Positions 26,617-41,730 of a stretch of 64,000 nt of DNA are shown piece after piece. Both the position numbers and the translations under genes were made by a program. The stretch comes from Octopus vulgaris (lineage: Eukaryota). A model generated the notes under the pieces. It ran no database searches. It saw nothing but the letters and a program-made list of their open reading frames with translations, and was not told where the DNA came from. Positions within the stretch are counted from its first letter, which is position 1. Each line of letters starts with the position of its first letter. Location: NCBI GenBank assembly GCA_951406725.2, contig OX597817.1, positions 78,554,001 to 78,618,000 of the forward strand, read 5' to 3'.

Positions 26617-28027
26617 TGTATGTATGTGTGTGTATAACATTATATATACATATACACTACTATGTTAAAAAAAATAACATGGAATTAGATATCATTCATA
26701 GAATAATACCACTTAATTTTGTCTACACTTTCATAATAGTTTATATAATAGCCTTAATAGATTATAAAAATTATAGAGGAGAAAATATAATGTGCATATA
26801 AAAATACCTTATCTTGTATATGAAATTTTCAAATCAATAAAATATATGTGTGTATTAAATATCAGTTGTTACTAAAAGTAATTTTCAATTTGTAAAAGAG
26901 TATAGTATTATTAAATTTTAAAAGGAGTTTGTTTTGGTAGAGAATATTAAAATTACAGCTGGTGCAATACAGAAAACAAAAATTCATGTGTGAATAAAAA
27001 TTCTATCTTCAGGTAATAATTATCTATTGATAGATGTGCAGAAATTGAAAATAAAAAAAAATTATAAACTGATAAAGAATTATGGTTAAAGAAAATTATG
27101 AAAATATGAAAAATGAAGAAATGGCAGTTCTTTTTAAAACTTTGGATAATACTGAACTGTTGCTTTATGGAATTTGTATTATTTCAATGAGATATGATTT
27201 AAGAGGCAAGCTTGATTTTAGGTATGATATAATCTAATAGCGTTTGACTGGTGACACCCTAAATCGCTTTTTGAAATTCAAGAAATCAACTTGAAGAGTG
27301 GTAAATTGGTAGATTTGGATATGATCATTAAATGTGAAGTATGGTTCTTTTCTTACTAGTGTTTCACTAAAAAGCTGGGATTTATTTTATTTTATTTTTT
27401 AAGCCTGGTACTTATTTCATCAGTCTGTTTTGCCAAACTGCTAAGTTATGAAGACCTAAACAGACTAACACCAGTTGTCAAGAGTTGATGGGAGACAAAC
27501 ACACACACATACACACACACGCACACACACAAGACGGGCTTCTTTCAGTTTCCATCTATCAAATCCAATCACAATGCTTTGCTCATACCTGAGCTATAGA
27601 AGACACTTGCCCAAGGTGTCATGCAGTGGGACTGAACCTGGGATCATGTGGTTGAGAAGCAAACTTCTTAACAGGCAGTCACGTCTATTCCTATAATATA
27701 ATATAACATAACATAACATAACACACACACAGAGTTCAAAATATTATTCATTGCACTGCATATAAACAGACTGTTAATAATGGCAAGATAAACTTTGAAA
27801 ACCACTTCAAGTATATAAGACAATCTGGAAGCTAGTTTGATTAATATATTTTTGGGGCCACTGAATATATCTATAGATTTCAGCCAAGTATTTATATATA
27901 AATATATATAAACAATCTTGTTCCAACATAAGATTGAAAATGGGCCAGCTGATTTGTTTTCTAACCATATGTATATATTACATAAGGATAATGTGCTAAT
28001 GTTTAACAGTGCAGAGCTTGTGGTATA

Positions 28028-28555
28028 CTCTTTTACTCTTTTACTTGTTTCAGTCATTTGACTGCAGCCATGCTGGAGCACCGCCTTTAGTTGAGCAAAT
28101 CGACCCCAGGACTTATTCTTTGTAAGCATAGTACTTATTCTATCAGTCTCTTTTGCCGAATTGCTAAGTTAAGGGGATGCAAACACACCAGCATCGGTTG
28201 TTAAGTGATGTTGGGCCGTTCAAGAATTTGGACCTGGAGATCTCCATTTCCAGCGACCTCGAGGGCCACTTTCCACTGGTGTCAGGCGTCAATGAAGAGC
28301 CCTCGACAACGATGAGACAACTAAAGTTTTTTTTCTTTTTTCAAGGTCTGGGGTCTCCCGCCCTTAAGCCCTAGACCATCACCTAATCACCCTTACCCAT
28401 CTTGTTGCTTATCAACAACAACAGCGATGTTGGTGGGGACAAACACAGACACACAAACATACACACACACACACACATATATATACATATATATATGATG
28501 GGCTTCTTTCAGTTTCTGTCTTCTAAATCCACTCACAAGGCGTTGGTCAGCCCGA
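28028..28555 (-). mobile_element. SINE family A copy interrupted by a 208-bp insertion
   Basis: Reverse-complement family A sequence on both sides of 28215-28422. Confidence 0.85.
28215..28422 (+). mobile_element. Unclassified 5'-truncated retroposon with (CAA)n tail and 11-bp TSD
   Basis: agtgatgttgg (28204-28214) and agcgatgttgg (28423-28433) flank a GC-richer insert ending caacaacaac. Confidence 0.75.
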
Positions 28556-28707
28556 CTAATGTATAATAGTGATTCAACGAATATAGTATTATAATAAAGA
28601 GAGGATAAATTACTATGTTAGAAATTTAAGAAAAATAAACAATATAAATAAACCAAATAGCTATTAAAATATATTTATCTATTAGTGTGTGTGTGTGTAT
28701 ACACATA

Positions 28708-29256
28708 AGTTAGGTTTGATCAAAAAGTATTGGAACTGTTGCTATGGAAACAGTGCTGAAGTATACAGAGTGAAACTGCTTAGCGCAGGTTGACCTTGAA
28801 CTTTGTCGTGCAAGCTCATATAATTATAACATTCTCACTCACTTCTGTTGTATATAGCAGTGCTTGGAAGTAGAGTGTGTAGAGTGTGGTCAACTCGAAA
28901 AGAAGTTCAGGTTTCAGCTATGTGGGACCTTCTTGACCGTGTTCAGGGAATTGGAAACATATTGAAAATGGTTAAAATAGGCAAAGAATCATGGGTCTAT
29001 GACTATTACCCCAAAACTAAGGCATAAAGAACCCCAACAAGATTTCAAAATGTCATGGAAGTCTAAGAGAATTTGATGTGGAAACTGCTCATTATCCCAA
29101 CATCAAAGAATTCCCAGAATACTTCCATGAATGGAAATGTATTGGATAGAGTGTTTGACTTTAGAAGGGAACAACTTTAAAGGAGATTAAATGCTGAATT
29201 GATATATATTGTAGTCTTCTTTTTATAGCACTAGTCCTGATACCTTTTGATTAGAA

Positions 29257-29260
<4 letters not shown>
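28708..29260 (+). mobile_element. Internally deleted mariner-like element
   Basis: Imperfect TIRs (gatcaaaaagtattggaact / agtcctgataccttttgatt). Decayed C-terminal transposase-like sequence near 29110-29190. Confidence 0.6.
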
Positions 29261-29310
<50 letters not shown>

Positions 29311-29313
<3 letters not shown>

Positions 29314-29768
29314 TGTGACTGAGAAGACCCGGTAAAGAAAGTGAGTTCAAAGCTGTAACCTACACCAGCATCGCATAATCAGCTCACTCAAAAGTACCTT
29401 GGATCATAAGGTTACATGCCATGCTTGAAGAGACCTCTTGGGTCAAGTACGTCAACATCAACATCAAAATCAAATCAGATCAAATTACAATCACATGGAA
29501 ATTGTAGTTGTGACCTTCATGCCAGTGGTACATAAAAAGCACCATCTGATCATGGTCGATGCCAGCCCCTCTGGTCTCTGTGCCAGTGGCACATAAAAAG
29601 CACCCACTACACTCTCGGAGTGGTTGGCTCTAGGAAGGGCATCCAGCTTTAAAAACACTGCCAGATCAGATTGGGGCCTGGTGCAGCCTCCTGGCTTCCC
29701 AGACCCCAGTTCAATTGTCCAACCCATTCCAGCAAGGAAAACGGACGTTAAATGATGATGATGATGAT
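29311..29768 (+). mobile_element. RTE-like LINE 3' end
   Basis: Longer version of the (GAT)n-tailed block seen at 22.0 and 44.5 kb. Confidence 0.7.
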
Positions 29769-29794
29769 ATATGCATATATAAATATATAAATAC

Positions 29795-29849
<55 letters not shown>

Positions 29850-29860
29850 AATATATATAA

Positions 29861-29891
<31 letters not shown>

Positions 29892-29927
29892 TACACAGTG
29901 AAAAACTTCAAGAAATTGTGATATTGC

Positions 29928-30141
29928 TTAACCATTTTGAAATCAACTGGTCTGAGACTGCTCCAAATACTATGAAACAGACCTTCAGTTTTAGAGGGAT
30001 CTAAATTTACACCCTTCATCAAATTTCTTAAACATGAACCTAATAATGACAAATTGATTTCTATGACTTCTTCATTACTTTCAAAATTAATTGAAACAAA
30101 AGCCACGCATTTCAGCAGAAATATGGTAACAAAAGGATTAA
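29928..30141. mobile_element. TTAA-flanked (piggyBac-type) MITE
   Basis: ttaaccattttga..taacaaaaggattaa. A homologous inverted copy at ~59461-60091 is split by a SINE. Confidence 0.65.
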
Positions 30142-30817
30142 GTGATACAAATTAAAACTCTTTTCCAAAGATTCATGTTTCTTCATGTTATCAATGATAA
30201 ACTTATTTTCTTAAATACTTGAATATTTTCAAAATTAATTGAAACAATGTTAGAGCATTTCAATAGAAATATACTAAGAATGGTAAATGGAATCAAGACT
30301 GGAATGAGAAAAAGAACTGATAAAAAACAATAACAGGATGGGTGGTGGGTTGTTTGTGTGTACAACCTTGCCACGTGACCCTGACAAGGTGAGCAAAGTG
30401 AAAGTAATGCTGCTTTGCCTTTCAGAAAGTATTTTACTTGCAGCTGTGAGCATCAGATTTACAAACATCTGCAATAGTAATTTGTGTTACATATTGAAAG
30501 TATATCATTGCTGCCTCATATACTTAGACACACACAAGCACGCAGACACACACATTTACATACACACACACAAACACATAGACACATATTGACATACACA
30601 TTCACATACACACACATATATGTATGTATATACATTTAAATATATGCATATTTAAACACACACACATATGTGCATGTAGATTCATGCACAGGCGTATTTA
30701 TAAAGATGTATATTTATAGATTTATATTCACACAAAAAATATATGTGTGCGTGTGTGTGTCTATGCATATATATACTTACACACATATATAGATACACAC
30801 ACTTATATTTATATCCA

Positions 30818-30852
<35 letters not shown>

Positions 30853-30887
30853 TATACTTACACACATATTTATATCCATGTATCTCA

Positions 30888-30929
<42 letters not shown>

Positions 30930-31393
30930 TATTATTTATGTATTTACATATATATATGTATGTATATGTATGTATGCATATATATATATATATACACACA
31001 CTTATATATATATATATATGTATAAATATTGATATATAAATATTTATATGTATGTAGAAATATAGATATAAAAATATATATATATATACATGCACAGAGC
31101 ACACATAAATTACCTTTACAATTTGAAGAATTCAGAAGAGAACAAAAATATGGATAACTCAGCAGAGTTTATTCAAAAACGTAGGCAAATATCGGGACAC
31201 TCCCACTTGGGCTCCATTGGTTGCATGCAAGTTGATTGATGCATCTCACTTTTAATAGACACAATTAATTTTGGAAATTGAAGATGATGATTTATAAACA
31301 TCCTGTTCATGTTTTATCTGGTTTCTTTTATTTGCTTCAGTCAATAGACAGCAGACATGCTGGTGCAATACCTAGAAGAATTTTACTTGAATG

Positions 31394-31592
<199 letters not shown>

Positions 31593-31934
31593 TATATATA
31601 TCATGCATACATATTCAGTTGCAGCCAAAATGTTCAGAACGGCATTGCTTTCGTCAGAAAAGTAGATATAATTTTTTATCAAAGTTGTTTTATATTCTAT
31701 AATTTTCACAGACAATAAATACGATATTATTTGTTATTGTCTGATATTTTGGTGTAATTTGAGATGATAATACAAAAGTTATGGATGATTTAGTGATTTA
31801 CTGCAAAACCCATTTATGTGTTTGTATCTATATATATATGTATATCTGTGTGTGAATGAATATGTATAAGCATATATGCACATGCACGCAAATATATATA
31901 TATATACATACATACCTATGTACTCATGCATATA

Positions 31935-32785
31935 TTGGATCATCCAATAAATAATGAGTTCTTTTTTCAATTGCAAGAACTAAAAGTCAGAGGGGGATGG
32001 GATAAACTACCTGCATCAACTTGCTATAAAAGCAGGTAGCAATTTTACCATGTACTTATTCTTAATGCAAGTTTTTGAAGAGTGCAGTTCGATTTTAACA
32101 GCTATTTTTTCAAAGCTATAATGAAAGTGACAAAAGAGAATATTCAGCATATTTTGCTTTATGAGTACATTAAAGGCAACAACACAATGAAAAATGTGAG
32201 AAATTTTAATGCAGTATATGGGGACCGGACAATAAGCAGAAGCCAGTGTCAACATCAGTCCCAGAAATTTTGAGCCAGAAATTACAGTCTAGAAGATGAG
32301 CCTCATCCTTGCTGATCTGTAGAGCTCAATGAGGATATCCTGCAAACCCTTGTGTAACAAAATCCCAGCATAACTGTTGAGGAATTAGCAGAGAAGCTTG
32401 GATTTGGTCATTCAACCATTCATCGACACCTGTGTGCCATCAGAAAAATCAGCAAATTGGGTGAATGGATTCCTCAAAAACTTTCAGAGTTTAATCACGT
32501 GCAGAGAGTGAATGTGTGCTCTTCTTTGCTGTCACATCTCACAAATGAACCTTCTTTGCTTTGGACAGAATAGTGACTGGTGAAGAGAAGTGGGTTCTCT
32601 GCAGAAATGTCAAGCACCAAAGACAGTGGGTAGGGAAAGGAGAAACACTGACTACCCAGGCTAAAGAAGGTCTTCACCCACGTAAGGCGTTTTTATCTGT
32701 TTGGTGGGATATGAAAGGTTTAACCTATTTTGAACTTTTAAATCCAAACCAAACAATAACAATGGAGATCTACTGCGAGCAGCTG
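31935..32785 (+). mobile_element. 3'-truncated mariner transposon
   Basis: Left end TA-ttggatcatccaataaataatg. MKVTKENIQHILLYEY N-terminal HTH region, WIPQKL, DRIVTGEEKWV and LHPRKAFLSVWWD, with stops and frameshifts. Confidence 0.92.
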
Positions 32786-33156
32786 TAATAAAAGAAGTAT
32801 AAAAAAAAGCATTATTTATGGGATAACCTAATATATAGTTTATGTTATAAGTTAGAAACTTTGAGAATCCAATGGCGGATCTTGAAGTACATAAGGCTAT
32901 AAATAATAGCATGAAAATTTTTGAATAGAAAAAAGTCATATGCTAGCCATGGGACTTGAACTCACATCCCTTGTAAATATAATAGGTATGTTCTAAATCT
33001 CGACAAAAGGAATCTTTTGAATTTCTTTATCCATTTTAGAATCTTTATTATTGCCAACAAGAATTGTATGTTGTTGATGTAAAGAATTTAGAAACTTTGA
33101 GAACATGAAATAGTTCGTTATATTCTTTTTATTTTATTTATTTATTTATTTATTTA

Positions 33157-33194
<38 letters not shown>

Positions 33195-33195
33195 C

Positions 33196-33253
<58 letters not shown>

Positions 33254-33448
33254 CATCATCATTATTTGTATGGGGTATCTTGAAGTGGATTAACCTACAA
33301 ATAATGTTTAAATATTGGGTTAAAATCCCTTTGGATAGAAAATGTTGAAGGCTATTTCAGGGACTCTGATCCACTTCTCACTATAGATATAGATATGGAG
33401 AGAGAGGGAGAGAGGAATATAAAGAAAGAGAGGGAGAGAAAGAGGAAG

Positions 33449-34195
<747 letters not shown>

Positions 34196-34391
34196 ACTAA
34201 TATACTATAATATTACTAATAACCATAACTAAGATTGCTTTTTGTTTTTTTACCCCAGTTCGTTAGAGAAATAGAAAATGCTGTTATTTAGTAACGATGT
34301 AGTTTTCAAGGTCATTTAATGATGAGATAAGATGAGCTGTCTTCACTTAGTTGCACATTTTTATCTAGGTACCCAGTCAAATATTCTAGAA

Positions 34392-34441
<50 letters not shown>

Positions 34442-35247
34442 ATATATATGCTTATGCATATAGTTTGTAATTGTCTGTTTAGATATATGCATATGAATGT
34501 ACATCTCTGCGTCTATGTGCACATGTTCATACCTGAATCTGTGTGCATATACATGTATGTATATATATATATGTGTATATATATATATATACATACATAT
34601 ACACATGCACATATACATATGTGTATGTGTGTGTGTGTGTGTGTGTTTCTATATATGTATACAAGAATACATACATGTACATATGTGAGTGGTTGGGTGT
34701 GTTCTGTAGTTGTTCTGAACAATTGTTTACGTACCCCCATTCTGGAGCATTTCCACGGTCTCCAGCAAATTTTCAGTTACATTTTTTCTCCTTTGTTTTT
34801 CTATCTTTCTTTGTTTTTCTTTTGTCTGTTTTTCTACTTAGTTTGGAATTTTGATTGTCTTGCTGCTTCAGCTATTTTGCATTGTATTCTTCATCTTATG
34901 TTCTTGCAGGCATTGTTGTTGTTCATACAGGCAAGGCTAGAAGCTTTGTGAGTTGGAGGAAAGAGCAATAGCATATGATTAGATGATTTACAAAATATTT
35001 CCCCATGTGTTGTCTCCAAGTTCTTATCTTTGCTGGCTGGAACCAGTTTTGGTTTACATTAAAATTTTTGCAACTGTATTTCTAACATGAACATTCTTCA
35101 TTTTCCTATGAATTTCAAAAATGAGATATTTAATGAAATAACTAACTTTTAATTAAATAAAAGAAAAATGCTTGCATATTAGAATATATCGCTTTTCATC
35201 TGATAAAAATAAATTTAACAATTAACTTATTTCTATCCAGAAATGTG

Positions 35248-35580
35248 AAGGCACATGTCTCAGGGGTTAGAGTGTCAAGCTTACTATCACGAGGTTGTGA
35301 GTTTGAATCCTGGACTGGGCTGCATGTTGTGTTCTTAAGCAAGAATCTTTATTTCATGTTGCTCCAATTCATTTAGCTCTAGAAATGAGTTGCGACATCA
35401 CAGGTGCCAAGCTGTATCAGCCTTTGCTTTTCCCTTAGATAACATCAGAGGTGTGGACAGGGGAGGCTGGTATGCATGGGCAACTGCTGGTCTTCCATAA
35501 ACAACCTTGCTCGGACTTGTGCCTGGGAGGGTTACTTTCTAGGCGCAATCCCTTGGTCAGTCATGACCGAAGGAGGTCTC
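35248..35580 (+). mobile_element. tRNA-derived SINE
   Basis: Colinear with 25166-25495. Confidence 0.8.
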
Positions 35581-35982
35581 AGCATCAGCATCCACTTCTA
35601 ATATAAACACAAAGACAAAAATCATAAGAGGAAGGAGCTACTTGATGCAATCAGCCCTATTTCATGTCTGGTATTTCATTTTATTTTATTGACCCAAGAG
35701 GGAAGAATAACAAAGCTTGATATTTTACCAATGCTCTTAACAATTCGACCAATCCACTGTCCTTCACAATAATATTAATAATAATAATAATTTTAAATGT
35801 TTGGCACAAGGCTAGCAAATTTGGCAGAGGGGACATATTGATTAGATTGACCCCAGTACAAAACTACTACATATATGTTATTGACCCTGACAGAGATGAA
35901 AGGCAAAGTTGACCGTGGCAGAATTTGAAGTCAGCTTTTCCAGATGCTATCTTACCATCTCTCTTCCTTAATAATAATAATG

Positions 35983-36052
<70 letters not shown>

Positions 36053-36507
36053 TAATAATAATAACAATAATAATAAAAATAATAATAATAATAATGATGA
36101 TGATGATGATTTCTAACTTTAAGTTTTTGCACAAGTCCAGTAATTTTAAGTGAGAGTAAGACAAACGTGACTCTGATAAGAATTGAACTCAGAATTTAAA
36201 GACTTGGAAGAAATGTCACTACGCAGTTTATCTGGTACATTAACCATTCTGCTAGCCCTTCTGTAATACTTTCTAATTTTGGTACAAGGCCAGTGATTTT
36301 GAGGGGAGGAGTAGTAATTGATTACACTGAAATCCCAGTGCTTGGCTGGTACTCTATTTTATTGACCCAAAAGGAATGAAAAGCAAAACCGTTTTTTGTG
36401 GGATTTGAACTCAAAACATAAAGAGCCAGAAACAATATCATATGACAGTTTGTTTAATGCTCTAACAACTCTATCACTTTACCACTCTTCATTATGATAA
36501 TAATGGT

Positions 36508-36826
36508 GAAGGCACATGGCTTAGTGGTTAAGGCATTTAGCTCACAATTGTAAGGTTGTGAGTTCAATTCCCAGCTGTATGTTATGGCCTTGAACAAGAC
36601 ACTTTATTTCATGTTACTCCTGTCCACTCATCTGGCAAAATTGAGTTGTACCTGTATTTCAAAGGACCAACTTTGTCATACTGTCATACTGAATCTCCCT
36701 GAGAACTACACTATGGGTACATATGTCTATGGAGTGCTCATCCACTTCTATGTTAATCTTCACGAGCAGTCTGTTCCTTTGAACAGATCACCTGGAGCCC
36801 TCATTGTCATAACTGACGGAATACCA
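36508..36826 (+). mobile_element. tRNA-derived SINE
   Basis: gaaggcacatggcttagtggttaag..gagttcaattcc head; body matches the minus copy at 8165-8460. Confidence 0.8.
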
Positions 36827-37092
36827 TTTTTTAATAATGATAATGATTTTTAAATGACACAAGACCACAAATTCTGATGGGTGGCAAGTACCAGTATTTG
36901 ACTGGTGCTATATTTTATCAACCCTGAAGAGATGACGGGCAAAGCTGACCTTAACACAATTTGAACTCAAAATGTAAAGTGCCAGAACAAATATTACAAG
37001 ACACAAATTCCAACACTCTACCAATTCCGCCTATCTATCACTCTCCATAATAACTATAATAATAGTTTAATAGTTTAATAACAATAATAATG

Positions 37093-37585
37093 AGCAAACC
37101 CCAGAAGCAGTCACCCAAAATGAGAACTGTAAAATCCTGTGGGATGTAATGATCCAGTGCGATCACCTGACCAGACTTTGGAAACCAGACATCGTTGTGG
37201 TGAATAAAAAAGGAAGAACATGTATGATTATCAACATAGCATGTCCCAGTGACAACAGGATCAATGTGAAAAAATAAGAAAAAATAAACAACTATGACGA
37301 TTTGAAGTGGGAAATATGAAGGTTGTGGTCAATGAAGAGGGTAGACATAATACCAATAGTAATTGGTACACTTGGAAGTATCAACACTCAACTACCAATA
37401 TGACTGAAAATTATTCGTGCAACTGCAAAGGTAGAACACCTTCAAAAATTGGCATTGCTTGGAACTACAAGAATTTTCCACAGGGTTCTTGAAGCATGAC
37501 CAGTAAACAAGTGTCATTTAGTATGCTGGCTGTGGACAGCTGACACTTTCCATCTTACCCAGAAAAATAAGCTGTGAGCTTTCAT
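37093..37585 (+). mobile_element. R4/Dong-like LINE 3' fragment (diverged subfamily)
   Basis: Translates in pieces to PEAVTQNENCKILWDVMIQCDHLTRLWKPDIVVVNKKGRTCMIINIACPSD, homologous to the REL domain at 41.2 kb. Flanked by (TAA)n. Confidence 0.85.
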
Positions 37586-37593
37586 ATAATAAC

Positions 37594-37650
<57 letters not shown>

Positions 37651-37654
37651 CATA

Positions 37655-37937
37655 GGAAAGTACCAGGACCTAGCTATTGAATTTCAGAGACTATGGAAAA
37701 TGTGGGTAAAATGTATCCCTGTATTTATAGGTGCATTGGATAACTATCCTTAAAGATCTTAACAGATGGATAGAAGAAATAGGTATAAAACCCAGTTTAG
37801 TACAGCTGTAGAAAATAGTGTTATTAGGGACAGCTAGAATACTTAGGAGGGTTCTTGGCATCTAAGGTTACTTGTAGCGTGATATTGTAGTGTGATTTTT
37901 TGTTTCCAACAATCTAATCTGTTGAGTGTATATACGA
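37655..37937 (+). mobile_element. R4/Dong-like LINE 3' fragment (another subfamily)
   Basis: KYQDLAIEFQRLWKMWVKCIPVFIGAL and VLLGTARILRRVLGI*. Flanked by (TAA)n. Confidence 0.8.
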
Positions 37938-37977
37938 AAATAATAATAATAATAATAATGATAACAACAATAATGAC

Positions 37978-38069
<92 letters not shown>

Positions 38070-38072
38070 TAA

Positions 38073-38418
38073 TACCTGGAAATAGAGGTAACTCAAATGT
38101 GGAATCTAAAAACAGAAACAGACTTGTAAATAGAGGTAACTCGTATGTGGAATCTAAAAACAGAAACAATTCCTATCATAGTAGGTGCATTAGGTATGAT
38201 AAAAAATATTCAGACAAATACATAACAGAAACACCAGGACTTACAAATATATATAACATACAGAAAATTGCACTACTTGCCACTGCACACATCCTATGCA
38301 AAACACTTTCAATACAGTAACCATAAGAGTATCACAACAAACCACAGTACATACCCAAGGCACACAGAGATGTGCTCGGCAGTGAAATGAAAGCAAGTTA
38401 TAAAAATAAAACTACTGA
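38073..38418 (+). mobile_element. R4/Dong-like LINE 3' fragment with a 5' tandem duplication
   Basis: Highly similar to 41433-41730; aaatagaggtaactc..tggaatctaaaaacagaaaca is present twice. Confidence 0.9.
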
Positions 38419-39175
38419 ATAATAATAAGAATCCTTTCTACTATAATAATCATTTCTACTATAGGCACAAGTCCTGAAATTTGTGGGCTGGATAAGTCAA
38501 TTACATCAACCCCAATGTTCAACTGGTACATATATTATTGACACCAAAAAGATGAAAGGTAAAGTCAACTGCAGTGGAATTTTAATTTGGAAAGTAGAGA
38601 CAGACAAAATGCCACGAAGCATTTTGCCCAGCATGTTAATGGTTCTACCAGCTGGTTACCTTTTTGCATAATAATAATAATAATGATAATGGTATCCTGT
38701 TTTAGTACAAGGCTTGCAATTTCAGAGGATTGTAGAAGTTAGTTACATCGCCTCCAGAGCTCAATTGTTACTTATTTTATTGACCCTGAAAGGATGAGAA
38801 ACAAAATGAACTTTGGTGGAACTTAGAAACTTTGAACTTAGAAAGTAAAAAGCTGGCAGAAATGCTGCTAAGCATTGTGTCTGGTGTCCTAATAATTCTG
38901 CGCTCACTGCCTCAGACAATTCCAAATTCTGATACAATTTCAATAATTCCTGGGGTGAGAATAATCAATTACATCAACTTCAGTGTTCTGCTGGTATTTA
39001 TGCTATTGACCCCAGAAGGATGGAAAGCAATGATGATCTTGGCAGAATGTGAACACAGAACATAACGAACTGGAAGAAATGTGGCTTAGCATTCTGCCTG
39101 ATAGCTTGATGATTCTACCAACTCATTGCTTTCTTCTTATTCTAAATAATAATAGCAATAATAATAATAATAATG

Positions 39176-39230
<55 letters not shown>

Positions 39231-39293
39231 TGATAATGATAATATTAATAATGATAATAATAATAATAATCATAATAATAATGATAATAACAA

Positions 39294-39343
<50 letters not shown>

Positions 39344-39348
39344 GCAGC

Positions 39349-39390
<42 letters not shown>

Positions 39391-39924
39391 AAATGCCCTG
39401 ATGCAGTACCAGGCAGTGGCACTCATTGCTTTTGATCTTAACTGATTGGAAGTGTTATCATGTACATTGTTTTGTCTTGGTATATTCTGCTCAATATCAC
39501 AGATTTGCTTGTCAGTTGTTTGACCTTAAGCAGTTGAGCATGTCCCTTAGTAGCTGATGATATGTGCATCTCTGATCATGAGCAGAAGTAGAGGGGGAGC
39601 ATCATAGCCATGTGTTGAGGGGGATTCTTTGGGGTTTTGAATAGTTAACCTCTGGAAACATGGGTGTTTCATTCAACATCCTTAGCCCTTATTCAGGGAC
39701 CTTTTGAGTGGGATGGGTTACTCAACCAGAAGAAAATTCTAACTGGGCCCTACCTGCAAGGTCATGTGCTGTTTATCTTGATATGAGATCACCATGTCGT
39801 GCACATATGGTTGTGATGCATGTACCTAGTGTATCCTTATCAGACAGGTAGTTATGATGGGTATACTGGGCTTTGTATATTTTACCCCAGTGTCACTTTG
39901 ATGGCATGCACTGCTCTCTCACTC
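39391..39924. mobile_element. ~540-bp non-coding interspersed element in a (CAA/TAA)n tract
   Basis: Colinear with 60762-61302 with identical boundaries. Inverted fragment at ~54616-54657. Confidence 0.85.
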
Positions 39925-39927
39925 AAT

Positions 39928-40006
<79 letters not shown>

Positions 40007-40034
40007 GTAATAATGATGATGATAATAATAAATG

Positions 40035-40320
40035 AAAAGTTAATACATATGACAAGTTAGCTTGGGAGGTTAAGCAGTTGTGGTCACTGAAAAAGGTGGT
40101 AGTAGTACCAATAATTGTCGAAGCCCTGGGAACAGTGAGTAGAAATCTTGAGAAGTACATGGAACTAATAGGGACTGCAATAAGGGTGGAGCACTTGCAG
40201 AAAACAGCACTGCTTGGAACTGCTCAAATACTCTGGATGATGCTCGAAAAATAATGGGTTTACTAGTAGTGAACAGCTGACACCATAGTACATCTCAAGC
40301 ATTAGAAGCTGTGCAAAGAC
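40035..40320 (+). mobile_element. R4/Dong-like LINE 3' fragment
   Basis: KVNTYDKLAWEVKQLWSLKKVVVVPIIVEALGTVSRNLEKYM..LQKTALLGTAQIL; (TAA)n flanks. Confidence 0.8.
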
Positions 40321-40768
40321 GATAAATGATAATGATAATAATAATCCTTTCTACTATAGGTACAAGGCCTGAAATTTGGCGGAGGGAGACAGTCAATTAC
40401 ATTAATCCCAGTACTTAACAGATACTTATTTCATCGACCCCTAAAGGATGAAAGGTAAAAGTCAACCTTGGCAGTATTTGAACTCAGAATGTAAAGATGG
40501 ACAAATGCTGGTAAGCATTTTGCTTGGTGTGCTAACAATTCTGCCAGCTTGCCATCTTAATAATAATAACAACAACAACAACAACAACAACAATAATACA
40601 TTCAAATTGCACAAGGCCAGTAATTTCAGGGGAAGGGGTAAGTTGATTTCATTGACCTCAATGATTAACTGGTACTTCTTTGACCCTGAGAAGATAAGAT
40701 GCAAGGTTGACCTCAGTGGAATTTGAACTCAGAATGTGAAGATGGATGAAATGAATGATTATAATAAA

Positions 40769-40832
<64 letters not shown>

Positions 40833-40836
<4 letters not shown>

Positions 40837-41730
40837 TAGAACAGCAACGAACCATGATAAAACGATGGCAAGAAAAGCCCCTTCATGGTAAATACTGGAC
40901 TAAACTAAACGCAAAAGAAATAGACAAAGAAAAATCCCAGCAATGGTTGAGAAGCTCAGGACTCAAAGCAGAAACAGAGGGATTTTTAATTGCAGCACAA
41001 GACCAAAGCCTCCCCACCAGAAATTACCAAAAACATGTAATGAAAAGAAATATTACAAGTAACTGCAGAATATGTGGAGATGGACAAGAAACAATAAATC
41101 ATATTATCTCTAGCTGCCCAGTCCTGGCTAAGAAGGAATATATTCACAGACATGACAGGGTTGGAACCTACATACATTGGAAGCTATGCCAACATTATGG
41201 AATAACAACAGAAAAAAGATGGTATAGGCACACACCAGAAAAGGTAACAGAAAACGAGAAAGCAACCATACTCTGGGATATGCCGATACACACAGATAGA
41301 GAAATTAAGGCCAACAGACCAGATATAGTTGTCAGAGATCATGAAGAAAAAAAATGCTTTCTAATTGATGTATCAATACCGGCTGATGACAACGTGTCTC
41401 TAAAAGAAATGGAGAAACTCTCAAAATACAAAGACCTGGAAATAGAGGTAACTAGAATGTGGAATCTGAAAACAGAAACAATTCCTATCATAGTAGGTGC
41501 ATTAGGCATGATAAAAAAATATTCAGACAAATACATAACAAAAACACCAGGACTTACAAACACATATAACATACAGAAAATTGCACTACTAGGCACTGCA
41601 CACATCCTACGCAGAACACTTTCCATACAATAACCATCAGAGCATCACAACAAATCACAGCACATACCCAAGGCACACAGAGCTGCACTCGGTAGTGAAG
41701 TGAAAGCACGCTATAAAAATAAAACTACTG
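40833..41730 (+). mobile_element. 5'-truncated R4/Dong-clade non-LTR retrotransposon (open C-terminal ~265 aa, stop at 41633)
   Basis: CCHC knuckle CRICGDGQETINHIISSC, RHD, restriction-like endonuclease motif NRPDIVV..LIDVSIP, and KLSKY. (TAA)n on both sides, as established for Dong elements. Confidence 0.95.

Noticed and set aside
34700-35100. Possible decayed transposase coding sequence
   Set aside because: Stops in all frames I examined and no recognisable motif.
40755-41633. 292-aa ORF as a host gene
   Set aside because: The N-terminal poly-I comes from (TAA)n and the remainder is a truncated LINE C-terminus.
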